Positions 1-13,411 of a stretch of DNA of 64,000 bases are shown here, piece by piece. Made by a program: the position numbers and the translations under genes. The notes under the pieces were generated by a model. It worked only from the letters and a program-made list of their open reading frames with translations. It did not search any database and had not been told where the DNA came from. Numbering within the stretch: position 1 is the first letter of the stretch; the number at the start of each line of letters is the position of its first letter. This DNA comes from Nageia nagi. Taxonomy: Eukaryota; Plantae; Pinophyta. Location of the stretch: contig JBITNC010000002.1 in assembly GCA_050084985.1 (NCBI GenBank), positions 21,328,001 through 21,392,000 on the forward strand, read 5' to 3'.

Positions 1-1243
1 TAAGCTTAGCATTTTTGATGGATGAATTTTTGCAATAATTTCATATTATAATAAAATACAAGAAGGATAACATAAATAAAATTGCATATATATTATCCAT
101 AACACCCATTAATAACCCGCATATTTTAGGTTTGAGTACCTTTATGAATTTCAATTCTTTTGTTCATGAAGAATATCCAAAAGTGTATATGTAGGACAAA
201 GAATTTAAGGAGGTTTATATAAAACTAAAATAGTCGCCTACATGTGAGGATGAGTTAATTTTCATATAAAGGATTAACATTTTTTATAAGCTTAATTTTC
301 TTTGTATTCTAGAAGGAGAAAGAGTTTAGTTTATTTAAAAAGCTCATTCATCTCGTATTGCTGGTCATTTTAGGGTTGAAAAGACTTTAGCAAATATTTA
401 GAGGTATGTTTATTAGGCTAAGATGCAATAACAAGTTACAAATTATGTATGGGGTTGTGTTTTTTGTTGCACAAGTAAGCTTATAAATCATAAATTAGGT
501 TTATATCAACCACTTCCTATTCCTAATAGACCTTAGGAGACCATCTCTATGGACTTTATAGGAGGATTAGCTTTTTCTAAGAAGGGGCACAATTACCTAT
601 TTGTTATAGATAGGTTTTGTAAGATATATATGTTAATCCCATATAAGAAGACTCTTACTAGAGAAGATGCAGTAGACCTCTTCTTTTATCATGTTTGGGT
701 ACATTTTGATTTACCTAATTTTATCATTTCAAATAGAGATAGTAGATTTTTGGGTAAGTTTTAGACCATCTTTTGGGAGAATATGGATACTAAACTAAAT
801 AGGAGTACTACCTTTTGTCCTCAAACTATGATAGTGAATAGAATAATAGTGCATTTATTGCATGGGTACTATATATCCAACATTCCTTATTAATAGAGCT
901 TAACATAATTCCACTAGTAAATATCCATTTAAAGCATGTTTTGGGACCAACTATGCTAAACAAAGCATGAGTTGAGATATGATAAGTTGATTACAAGTTT
1001 TAATTTGGTGATTAATTTTGAATTCATATTAGTAAAGAGCTTCCAGAAGGACTGGGTAAAATGCTAAAACCAATAAGATATGGATCATTCAAGATTCTTT
1101 AGAAATTTACTAAGAACATGCCTTCAAACTGAATTTTCCTTCCTATATTAATATCCATTCAATTGTTAATGTGGATAACTTAAAGTTATTTTATCCCTCT
1201 ATCATGATTGAATTGAACTATAGGAAGTTCAAGTATTACCATT
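1..1243 (+). pseudogene. Decayed Ty3/gypsy pol (RNase H end, integrase zinc finger, core and GPF region), CRM/chromovirus-like; 5' part of a host element
   Basis: Reading across stops gives GHFRVEKTLANI..RY, C..C..SK..N.KLGLYQPLPIPNRP.ETISMDFIGGL and LFFYHVWVHFDLP.FIISNRDSRFLGKF (ORF 549-764), with many TAG stops and frameshifts. Confidence 0.9.
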
Positions 1244-2394
1244 TGTAAAACTGCTTCATCTTAACCACTCAAAATACTTATAAATAATTTCAAGGATCTT
1301 GATACATTTGCATCTAATTTTCATATGTGATTTATGAAAAAATAACAAGGATAGGGTTTAGAATATGTTATTTGAATTTTAATATTTCAATAAGCTAATT
1401 ATACCTATAAGGAAATATAAAATGTTATAGGAGGATTCAAATCATAAGTCCTTGGGATCTTATGACCATTCAAGTGGGGTGAAATCCCAACTCTACAAGA
1501 TTGTAAGCCTCTTTTGTCCTCAATAAAAAGGATACTAGAAATAAATGATATGCCTATTGTGTAAGTATAATACTCAAGCATTGACTATAAAGAAAATCTT
1601 AGTTGAGCAAACTTGGCAATGATATGTGATAATAATGAAAATATATGATAAAGAATATTCAAGATCTAAGTATGTGTAAAGATTTACCTAAAGTGATAAA
1701 ATGATGAAAATGATAAGGGTTAAAAGATTAATAAATATTGATATAATGCCATAAAGACTAATCAAAAAATAAATATGTCTCAAATCCTAAGTTTTAGATT
1801 GTAAAGGTCAAACCCTAAGTATGAAATCTAGCCTAGTTATGCATATATGAAAAATAAATGATAAATAAACAATATATTGTATGATACAAGTCTTCAATAT
1901 GGACTTATTTAAGATTTAAACATGAAATATCTCATAAACTTAAATATAAATATCACAATATATTTAATCAACCAAAAGCTACCTCAATCCATGAAGCATA
2001 CAGAAGCAATCCTAAGGCACAAATATGGAGGCTCAAAGATTGATGTAAACCCTCGAAGATGATGTCATAAACTTGGAATTGCATGTAGATAGGTACAATA
2101 ATTGTATATATCATACAAAAGTGTATATAAAATTGAAAATTAAGCCTCAATTACTTTTTATAAACATCAAAAAGAATCACCCAAACAATTGGGTGACCTA
2201 CAGGATCATCTGGATGAATAGCTAATCATCCAGACGACTAGAACCAAAGTGTTAGAAATGAATTAAAGGATTAAATGAAATCGATTAAAATTATCAATAA
2301 TGTTGCATAATATGTTAGATCAACATGATAGAGTAAATATAATAAATATCAGTAAAACATTGTTAGCAAGGTAAATATATTTTAGGGTATTTAC
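1244..2394 (-). repeat. 3' LTR of the Ogre/Tat element
   Basis: Starts TGTAAA and ends GGGTATTTACG. Colinear with 20081-21243 (e.g. shared AACTCTACAAGATTGTAAGCCT). Followed by ATTTCCCCTTTTTGT, the PPT on the minus strand. Confidence 0.92.
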
Positions 2395-2789
2395 GATTTC
2401 CCCTTTTTGTGTTGAGCTTTGAAACCTATGAGAAGCTAAGTAAAAAAATATGTTAAATGATAAACCAATAATCAAAAATTTCATAAATGATATAAAATCA
2501 TAAAATGATTAGGATGAGAGATGGTTTTAGCATATGATAGGTTATAAAATATCATCCTAAACATTCAAATCGAGTCTAGTTTTGGTGCATGATAAGTTGT
2601 ATAACATTGAGTTGAACATTATGATAAACCAACGAAGTTTGGTTTTGATATGTGACATGTTGTATAAGATGGATTTGGACCTCATGATGATGACCTATGA
2701 TAAAATATAACAAGTGAATCAAGTAGTTTGTAGAATAAGAAAGTAAAATTTTAATCTATCTAATATTATTTTATCTAATTATGAAAAGG

Positions 2790-3190
2790 GAAATGATCTT
2801 TTCTTTTCCCCAATAATCAAAGGGTAATAAGAAAGAAAATGATCTCTACTTTGCCCTATAAATTGAAGGGTGTGTGAATCTTCTTTTTGTCTAGTAGTTG
2901 AAGGAATGATCATAGGATCATATACCTACCAAGCATTGGATTGTAGCATGCAGACATACGATACTTGAACAAAGTGATAAATGATCTTTACTTTTCCCCA
3001 ATAGTTAAAGGATGAGGATCATAGGTTTTTAGACCTACCAAGTGTTTAACTATAGCACATAGGCATACAACACTGATAAAGATATGATGATGATCTCTTC
3101 TTTACCCTAGCAATTGAATGGTGAAGTATTGTAGGCTTGTATACCTACCAAACATTAAACCATTACACATAGGCATATGATGTTTGATAA
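2790..3190. repeat. Degenerate ~110 bp tandem repeat (about 3 full and 2 partial units) in the Ogre 3' UTR
   Basis: Recurring TGATCT(C/T)T..TTT(T/A)CCC..TAG..GAAGG and ACCTACCAA motifs at ~2923, ~3033 and ~3143. Confidence 0.75.
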
Positions 3191-4559
3191 AAAGTGAGAA
3201 AGTTGAATATGATGATGTATAAGTATGTTGATCGCCAATTAGTTATGTCAAACCAAAAATTGTCCAACAAACACTCATAATACAAAAATTTCAACCATGC
3301 ATAAGAAGTATGTTGAATTGCAGCTATTAAGAATTTGTTAAATTTTGATCAATTTGAAATAGTGTGTGAAGCTTTCCCCTTCAAATGGGGAGGTATAATT
3401 TGGATAACAAGACAAGATGCCTAACCATTTGATTGAATGGATAAAAAAATGATGGTAATAATATTAAGTTTGCAAAGTGATATAATGACAGAACATATCA
3501 TTCAAGTGACTACAAGGTTGTTCGAATGATTAGGATTTGGATAAATCTTTTAATAACCTTGGGTCGCAAGAATAATCCGATCAATGGTAAAATTAAAAAT
3601 AAAAAATAACATAATATTTTAACTTTGCACTTTGAAATTGACCTTCATGTTTAGAGCTCTAAGTGTTTTATACTATTTAAATAAATATTTTTCTATAAAT
3701 GGTAGTGACTTGGTATTTGGGTGGTTAGACAATGACATGGTGAGTGTCAAGATTGCAAGGACTACTACCTAACTGAAGTGAGACTCATGATGATTGCATA
3801 CCTTAATCTAAGGGTTGGACCTAGGGATGATCCCCCACCCAAAAAGTTAGGGATGAAACCCCTCTTTGGTGACTACAATGATTTGTAAATACAAATAAAA
3901 ATATGCTTGTGCTTGGTGAAAACCCATTACATTAAATTAGAGATTTTAAATACTAGTTGTAAATAAAAATATCTATTGTTGGATAGGTTTTATTATAAAT
4001 GAAATTTTGAGTTTTGGAGTGAACTAGGGCAAGATGGTATAGAAATACTACTAAGATGCAAAATTATATCTTCTATTTGAAAAATCCCAACTTAAAATCA
4101 ACATACGAAAAATGTAGTACTACATGTGAATGTCGAAAGTAAATAAGTAGTCATAGATATATCTTAGGGAAAAACATATACAATACATAAACAAAAGGAT
4201 AAATGGTACTATAGTAACTAAATAAAAGGTATTCCTACAAAACCATGAATAGCAACATAATCACCCTCCCCCTCCTTCTAACTTAACAAGCATAGCAATA
4301 CGGAATGATTTGATATATGTTGATTAGGTATAGAATTTATGATTTTATATGTATACATGTTGTAAATTATATGTTTTAGTAATATATTGTATGCAAAATT
4401 TTTGAATTAGAGAAAATAAGACATCAAATGCATTAAACAATTCTACTATGAAATAAAATATGAGACATAGGCAAACTAAACAACTAACTTAGATCTAGAG
4501 ATGACTTACATAAATATAGAAAATGCATACTAATAAAATGTTTAATACACTTGAAATTT

Positions 4560-7500
4560 ATGCTAGATGAAACTTTAATAAAATTTTCATCCACTAGGAT
4601 CAATATGTGAGGCACATTGACCCAAGCAAATTGAGATTGGTTGGAGGTGATCAAGCTAGTCAAAGCAGGAAGGATACTCTCTATTATGGGAGATACCTTG
4701 TATATGATAGCACTCAAGGAGAAATTGTACCCAGATATATGCACATTATTACTCTCAATGGAGGAGATGATGATGACTCTAAAGGATAGTTATAGGATTT
4801 TTAGGCTCCTATGGAGGGAGAGATGATTATGGTGGAAATAGAAAGGGTGATAATTCATCCATACATGGGAAAGGTTATAGAGATTAAGACCTTAAAAATG
4901 AATGGGTTATCATTGAGCCCCTTATAAGGATGATTAAATCAAGTACCAAGATATTATGGCCAATATTTTGATATCATCATTCATCTTACCAGATTCCTTA
5001 AGACCTCAATTCCCTTGGAACATGTTTGATATCATAACATGTATGGTCAAGGACCATATAATATTTACATGGGGGGCATCCTTATTGGTATATACATACC
5101 ATTTAGTTATAAGTAGTAGCTCAAGGGAAATATGGAGTGAAAACTTCCTTTTTTCTCCAAGTATAGGCTTAGGAGCACATTCAACCAAGGAGGCCAAACT
5201 CATTACTAGTGGTAGTGCATACTAATGACCTAACAGGATAAATTCCACACATAGCTAAATGGGATCTTCCCTACATAAGGCATAGGGAGCATGATCTATA
5301 TTGACTAAGGAGCCATCCATATGATGGATGCATGAATTGGTATAGGTAGTTCCTAGTGGGTTTGCATTCTTAATACATCATATGATAGCCATACCTTGGT
5401 AAGACACACTAGGTAGAGGAAAATGTATAGCTAGCATGGACCAAGAAGACTAGACATGCCAAGGGGTTACATATCAGATATGTGGATATCTTCCACTTTG
5501 AGTGGGTGCAAAGATAGTATATTTTAGTTTAGGATGTGTCACTAGATATGGTACTCTATGGAAGGATAGATAGGAAGGCCTCAATGAGGCCTAGGATTAC
5601 ATACATATAGCCTAATGTGGTGCCAAATACACCCATAGTATGAGCTATTATGGATGAAATTAGGGCCACCCTAGCATATGATTCTTGGTGGGCCCCCTAA
5701 ATGGATCAACTATCAAACTAGATTATGATAATATGATAGGGCCTGATATCACCAATTGACCCATGGGTTACAAAGGGTAAACAGGGCCAAGGAGATGAGG
5801 AGATCATAAAATTGAAGATAAAGGGCAGGGAGTCTAGGTAGGATATTCAAGATTATGGAGCATTGATGCTGGAGTAAGTTAAACCGAACTAAGTAGGAGG
5901 AGGTCGCATAAGATGATTATTTTATACAGTCGAAAAGTAAAGTGTTACAGTTCAGGGAAAGAGACATTAGCTCGTAGGAAAAAGTAGTACCCCAAGGGAC
6001 TTGATCTATTTTGAATGGAAACGGTATGTCCGGAGGAGGATGACGTCACATACGAAGCTAGTATGGATGCAAAGGTAGAAAAATTCGAGGCAAGGAATGG
6101 TGACTCAGAGGCGAAGCATTCTGTAACCATAATAAGGGGCAAGAGACTATGTGTTATAAGGCATCCAGGTATACTATAAGGGCAATTAGTTCAGAGCCAG
6201 TATTAAGGGCAGAGATTTCATAGTGGTCAACGTAAGGGGATAGAGAGTGACTAAGTCAAAAGGGAAGAAAGGTCAGAGGAAAAGTGGCCCTAAAGATATA
6301 AAGGCACCATAGAATTAAGATAGGAAATGAGAGTGGAGATATAGAATGCTTACAAGATAAGGAAACAACGTCGGATCTCCCCAATGTTGATAAGAGGGCC
6401 AACCATAGGTAAGGTGTACCTCAGATCAATAGGAATTGTGCAGCACTTTTGTAAGGTTCTTCTGAATTGAAATGTTAATAAGGAAGTTTATATGAAGTAT
6501 AGGGAATGGTCGTATAGAAAAGGCTAATATTACTACCAAGAGGCTTAAAGAAACATCTTGATTGCATGTCTAGCACGAATGTTATCTATGGACATTATGA
6601 GCTTTGTGCATGAGTAATTCTTTAGTAAAACTATGTAGGGCTATAAGTGATAGAAAGGGGGAGACAGAGGTAGAACTGCTGGATGGCCTATGATAAGTTG
6701 CCATCGTATAGGTCTCAATAGGATTACTTGATATCACCTCCCTCTTTGACTCCCTTTTGTAGCCTATTATTGATGAATCCCGTCCACTCTTTTTATCTCT
6801 TTCCTGTTACTTTTTCTCTACCAATGGATAAGGAACCGGCCTTCTCCGGAGATCAGGCTGTGTCCTACAGTCTATTCGTGAACTACTTTGGTTAAGATTG
6901 TTCCAGGCACACATATTACACAATCTCAATCAACAATGAGGAGGAGGATGAAAATGAGGAGATAAAGGATGAGGAGGTCTAGGATGAGGGTATTCAAGAT
7001 TATGGCATGCTTGATGTGGATATGTTAAACCAACTAATGTAGGAGGAGGTCCCATAAGAGTTATTATAGCAACAGTAGGTGTTACAGTAGGGGGAAAGAG
7101 ACATTAGCTCTAGGACCCCTAAGTAGTACCCCCAAGAGGTCTTGGATCTAGTTTTAGTTATAGTGGACAAGCAAGTTGTATAGTACCAAGGAGAGAGGGA
7201 TGCACTCCAATAATAGCTAGATGTGATGCAAGTGTAGCTCTTAATAAAGTAGGCTATTAGGATGGTGCTAGAGGGATAGCTCGTAACATAAAAGGTGATG
7301 AGAGCTATGGTTAAGGGGCATCCAGGTATACTATAGGGTTAGTTAAGAGCCCTATTAAGGGGCATGCAGATACTTCTCATAGTGGTCATAACTGTTATAG
7401 GGGATAGAGATGTGATCTAAGCATGGGAAGAGGTAAGAGGTAAGAGTGGGCCCTATTATAGATATAGGCACCCATACTGAGGATATATTGATAGGAAATA

Positions 7501-7950
7501 GAGAGTGGGAGATAATAGATATGGTTACATAGATAGAGGTCAAATTCACTAGGCTCCAGGTGGTGATAAGATGGGCCACACCCATAGGTAAAGGATGCCT
7601 AGCCCCTCAAGATCAATAGAATTGTAGCAGCACTTAATGTAGGCCCTAGAAGATGTTGAATAGGAAGTTATGTGGGTATAGGGATGGTAGTTATAGATCA
7701 TAGAGGCAATATTACTACCAATGAGGTTAAAGAACTCATAGATTGCATCCATAGCACAATGTGTATCTAGGAGCATTATGAGATCATAGTGCAATGAGAG
7801 CAACTCAATTAGAAAACCTATGTAGGGCTATAAGTGAAAGAAAGGGATGGAGAAAGAGGTAGTAACTAGCATAGGAAGGCCTATGATAAGTGCCATCTTA
7901 TAGGTCATCAATAGGATATCTAGATATCACCTCCCTCTATTGAACATAGT
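4560..7950 (+). pseudogene. Plant Mobile Domain (PMD, aminotransferase-like) extra ORF with acidic/coiled-coil tail, antisense to gag-pol; decayed and interrupted at 5800-6935
   Basis: IALKEKLYPDICTLLLSMEEMMMTLKDSYRIFRL matches the PMD motif ALxERWxPxTxTFHLPxGEMTxTLEDVxxIxxL. Also ILISSFILPD..FTWGASLLVYTY and FLQV*A*EHI (LLQVWAWEH). The 3' limit is approximate. Confidence 0.82.
5800..6935 (+). mobile_element. Solo-LTR insertion of the 22543-23959 family; the 5' ~1 kb is scrambled with flanking sequence (probable consensus artefact)
   Basis: 6790-6935 is a near-perfect reverse complement of 22543-22690 and ends ATCAACA. TSD ATGAG at 5795-5799 and 6936-6940. 5800-6780 alternates between LTR words and words of 6941-7950. 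Confidence 0.8.
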
Positions 7951-10895
7951 AGAGCCATAATTGAGAGTAGTCCATCAGAAGCATAAGATGAGGGTTAGGG
8001 GGAGATGAGCACTCCCCTTAGTAAGCATCAAATATGGGATGACCCCACACCCTATGGATGCAAGGAGATAGGGATAGATTGACAAATGCTATGTAATTTT
8101 AGGCACCAAAATACACATGATCTTGTATTATTTGAAAATCTATTTATGATGTAGGTAGGACACTATGTGTATGGACATTTTTTATGGACACCTAATATGT
8201 ATATTTGCATATTTTTCTCATATGATGGATATTATGTATGATAGATTTTATGATATGTATGTTTGGATATGATGCTATATGTGATGGATATTTGATGACG
8301 TTATGGATATGTATGGATCCATATATGAATGGATGTATGTTTATGATACATGTATTTATGATGTGATGTATGCACTTATGTATGTATGAATGAAACCTAA
8401 TGAATGATGCTTGCAAACTCACTTATGAATGAATGTATTAAATGAACTATGGATGTACATACATAATGATACAATGATAAATGGACTCTAAATGGATAAA
8501 ATGAACTTGTATGTATAATCACACATAAGAAAATGAACTTATATGCTTAAACACACATGGAAAAATAAACTCTAATGAAATACATTAATGAACCATGATA
8601 AAATATATGAAAAGATAACAAGAGATAATAACAATGACGAAATAAGACATTGTACAACAACATCACTTTATAAAAGCTAATAAAAATGAAGATGAAAAAG
8701 TGTGAAAAATAATAAAATGGCAAGAAATAATGATAATATGTAAACAATCATATGATAATAGAATGATAAACAAGATAAAACTTAACTCAATTGAACATAA
8801 ATGACTAAGAAGAGATAATGAAATTATCAAATCATAAAGAATGACTCAAAATAAGAACTTAATAAAACTAATGAGAAGCAAGACAATGAACTTATCACTA
8901 AAAGAGAAATAATAAAATAAATCATAATGATAAAATGTTTAAAATACCAAAATGAAAAAAATAGGAACAAAATGAACCCATCATAATGACCAACAAATGC
9001 TTAAATTGCCAACAAAACAAGTCGGCATGCTACTAAAAATTTGATGAAAAGCACATAAAATGAGGTAGGGTACATATCATAGGGATACCCACCTAAAAAC
9101 TCAATTTACTCATACCATAACAAATATAAACAATAACCATACCAAAATACTTCCTAGATATGGTTGAAATGGACCAAAATGAGATAATTACGAAATTGGC
9201 ACTTTTGAAAAAGTGAAAATACAAACTTTGGTAGATGATAACTAGCAACCATTTTGAAAATTTGATGAACTAGATTAAAAATATGAGAAGTAATAATTTG
9301 ATATAATAGCAAGATTAAATAGTTCAAAAAATGGAGGTCATTTTTCTTATTTTTGAAATTGAAACAAAAGGTTACTTGGCCCAAGGTGACAACCCTTTAG
9401 TGCTCATTGAAAGTGCACTATTTCAAGTAGCTTGAAAACTTTACATGTTGATTGAATTTAGATCAAAAATAAGAAATAAATTAATAGAGTTAAAAATAGA
9501 TACGATTTGCTATGTTTAAAATTGCAAAACTAGAGCCAACTTTTTAGGGTACTAATTTTCAAGACCATCCTTGAGCCAAAATGGATGATGAGATAGTTAC
9601 AAAATAGCTTGAAATGGTATGATATAACATGATAGAACCTAATGAGTCATAATATGAATAATTTACAAGATAGGACCACAATATGACACAAGTCGGTTTG
9701 CTAGGGTGACTATGCATATGTGTGCAAGGGGCCTACTTTGGACCTAAAATAAATTATTGAAATATGACCCGAGTTGGATGAAATTGACTTTCTATGAATA
9801 CCAATATGAATGTAAAACTAAGAAAATAAATCATTCACAAAACCAACATGGTTACATAGGTTTTTAAAAGCTAAATAGAATATAATTTTGATAAAATTGA
9901 TGGATGTACAAACATGATGAAAGAAAAATAAATGCGATAAAGGCATAACATGATAATAAATACAATATTGAAATGACTAAACAAGAGACAAAAAATGATC
10001 AAATAAGATTAAAATGACCAAGCATCGACAAATAAGAAATATGAAATATGCAGCATCAATGCATGTTCATTTATGTCACACATCATGATAATTTTGTATG
10101 GTTTTTCCCTTACAAACCATGCTAGTCTATAGTCTATGATCAATCCCAAGGGAATGATTTTAATGCAAACTAATATTTTTGACTAAGATCCAAATGGTAT
10201 CATCACCAAGAAATCACAAATCATGTATGGTGATAAGTAACATAAATGGATATATGAAAATGTCATTGATGGGGACCTTGCATAATTAAGATGCAATGGA
10301 TACAATAGATCAAGCAATATGAAATGATATGAATGTGAATGGAAGAAAAATAAAGTATCAATGCAAACAACCACTTGGTCAATAAGGTTATTTTGAGACT
10401 AAATTCCACTAGTGTTCAGGACTATGCTTGCTTTGTTGTAGAATAAATATAATATTCAAGAGTCTTGACTAAGATGAGGACCAAGAGGGATGAAAAATAG
10501 TATGAAAAATGCAAAGTATTGATAAGTGATGAGAAGATGAAATGATATAAGCATAGATGCATGATAGGGAGATGAATCGATGAGTGACTTGTGGTTTTTT
10601 TGCACTCAAAAAAGGTAGGATGACACTAAAAATTGGAGAACCATATAAGTATCAACTCCTAATGATATGATCAAAAATAAAATAAAGTGGCAAGATGAAA
10701 AAATGGTATGACACATAAGCTCAAGGAAATGCTAACACGTAAGACACCCCTTATATCTTAGCATAAAGTAGATGAGTGACTAACTCTAGATGATATGCTA
10801 TTATAAATAAAGAAATGATGTTGAAATGTTATGAGAGATCAAACAAACAAAATCTAACAAACAAATTAAAAAAATAGAGATGAACAAGGCAAATA

Positions 10896-12200
10896 CTAAG
10901 CATAGAATGGACAAAGATGGATGATGTTGAAAGGATCAAGCTCTTTTCTTCTCTTTAAATCTAAAAAATGGTAGGCACATGTTTTGAATTTCTTTTTGAT
11001 GATGTGAGGTCCTAACCAATTTGGTGCAAACTTATCTTGAAGAGGCTTCTCAAGGTGTGACTATTGTTAATTATTTTTATGTACCAAGTAACCAATCTTG
11101 AACTCTTTATCTCTAATATTCTTGTTGTACACATGCTTCAACCATTCTTAATAGATTTTATGATGTTTAATGGCATCAATATGTCTCTCATAAAGAAGGA
11201 TAATTTGATCTAACCTAGCCTTCCTGGCTTCCTCATCTGGAATGAGGCTCTGAAGCTGAACTCTCAAAGATGAAATCTCTAACTCAAGAGGCATGATTAC
11301 TTCTACACCATAGACTAATGAAAAAGGGGTGGCCCTTGTGGGTTTTCTAAAGTTGGTGAGATAATTCCATAAGGTATATGGAATAAACTCATGCCAATTC
11401 ATGTCATTATCATTGAACATCTTTTTTAGGATTATGAAAATGGTTTTATTGGATGCCACTACTTGAACATTACCTTGGGAGTAATACAGTGTGGAGAAGG
11501 AATGTTGAATATTATAACCATTACATAATGCTCTCACATGTTAATTTTTAAAATAAATTCCATTATCTAATATGATATTGTTTGGAATGTTAAACCTACA
11601 TATAATATGTGTGTTAATGAAGTTGAAAATATTATGACCCATGGTGGAAATAAGTGGATCAACCTTGATCCAACTAGTAAAGTACTCTATCATGGTGATA
11701 ATGAACTTATGGCTTCCTAGGTATAAACAAACCTACTAGATCAAAACCCCATTATGTAAAAGGCCATATATACTAGATAAGATTAAGTGCTTAAATATAT
11801 AGATACTACAAATGAGAATGTTGTTGATACTTAACACACTTCTCTATATATTCATAATAGTCTCATTCCATGGTAGGCCAATAGTACCCCATCTTGATAA
11901 TACACTTGGTGATGGTGGTTCTATTAAATTTTCCACCACATATTCCATCATGATAAGTATGAATAGAAATAAACTAATGAAAAATATCTAAACAATGTAA
12001 AAGGACTCCATATGATCATTTGAAGATAACATCTTCTAATATTGTGTAATAGGAAGCCTTTTTCTTAAAAGTCCATTTTTTTCTTACAAACAAGTTAGTA
12101 GGTGTGGTATTCCACTTCAAATACTCATGCAATTATTTGTACCACAATTCACGTGGCTCAATAATGATCTCATTAATTGAATCCAAAGGTAAACTCTAAG
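10896..12200 (-). pseudogene. Ogre integrase (zinc finger, rve core, GPF/GPY tail)
   Basis: HDGICGGKF...KMGYYWPTME...C, ORF 11148-11537 (HSFSTLYYSQGNVQV..SNKTI..ILKK...ATPFSLVYGVEVIMPLE) and KFAPNWLGP. Stop at 10896. Confidence 0.92.
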
Positions 12201-12279
12201 GTAAAGGTGCCTTAAGGGTAAACTCCTTCAAAGTCACTATCTTTACATATTGAATGTGTTGATGAGGATTAGGTGGAAT

Positions 12280-13411
12280 AAGTAGCCCTAAGGATGCCAT
12301 GGTATTAGAAAATCTATTATATGATCAAGAGATTACCTTGGTTTTATATTATTTGAACCATTTGAGTAACCTCAATACCATATCTTGATAAATCTTGAGA
12401 AGCTCATTATGATACTGGTATATTCCCATAATATGATCAACAACCAATTGACAGTCTCCATAGATGAGAAGTCATTCAAAATTTAACTCAATGGATACCT
12501 TAATTCCCAATATCAATGCCTCATACTCTATGCTATTATTTATGCATGAAAAATCAAGTTTAAAAGAGTAATAAATAGGGACTCCTTAGGGGGTAAAGAA
12601 GATAGTTCCAACCTTGTCCCCTTATTCACATCTTGATCCATTAAAGTACATAGTAATATCATAGTCCTATTAAGTATCCACTACTTCCTCTATCTCATTA
12701 ATCCTGAACATGTCCTTGTTAGGGAGGGTGATCTCAAGGGGAGTAGTATCCTAAATGGGTAACTTAGCCAACTAATTTGATATGACCTAACCTTTGATTA
12801 ACTTTTAGCTAATGAAAACTAAGTCAAACTCTAATAAGAACATGGTCTATTTGGTAGTGCACTTATTATGATGTGCTTTTTTCATCATATACTTTAATGG
12901 ATTTTCTCTATAAATCACATAATTGATATGATTTAACATTTAGTATCTGAGTTTCTTAGCTACAAATACTACTACTAGGAAAACCTTCTAGATGTAAACA
13001 TACCTAAGCTCATAATCGATAAGTGTATGACTAAGGTAATAAATGATTTGCTCCATTTCTTACTTGTTCTTATGGGATAAAATGACTCCTCATGTGAAAT
13101 TAGTAGATAAAAGGTATAAATAGGATGGGACATTATTTTTTAGAAGAATAAGGACTAGAGGATTAAGCAGATATTATTTGATATCATCAAAATCTCATTG
13201 AAAACTCTCACTCCACTTGAAATATACACCCTTCTTAAAGAAATCATTAGAAGGTTAACACTTATCTAATAAATTAGCTATGAATTACCTAATGTATTGA
13301 AACTTACCTTGAATACTTCTCAAGGACTTGACATCTAAGGTGAAGGTATGCTACTGATAGCAGTTACTTTCTTAGGATCAACCACTATACCTCTTTTGGA
13401 CATAATGAACC
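12280..13411 (-). pseudogene. RT C-terminus/RNase H plus additional archaeal-type RNase H (aRH)
   Basis: GFIMSKRGIVVDPKKVTAI and IYYLSHTLIDYELRY. aRH motifs YFNGSRC...YSFKLDFSCINNSIEYEALILGI and GDCQLVV lie between RH and INT, which is diagnostic of Tat/Ogre. Confidence 0.88.

Noticed and set aside
3700-3880. Structured RNA or hammerhead ribozyme in the Ogre 3' region
   Set aside because: A GC-richer patch with weak self-complementarity, but I could not find an intact CUGANGA/GAAA core with supporting stems.
5800-7950. Genuine ~1.1 kb tandem duplication
   Set aside because: The first copy differs by dense micro-indels and contains words of an unrelated LTR, which fits a blended consensus better.
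7355-10374. Short His/Ile/Phe/Tyr-rich ORFs in the ORF track
   Set aside because: Low-complexity AT-rich spacer or antisense of the PMD tail; no protein motifs.
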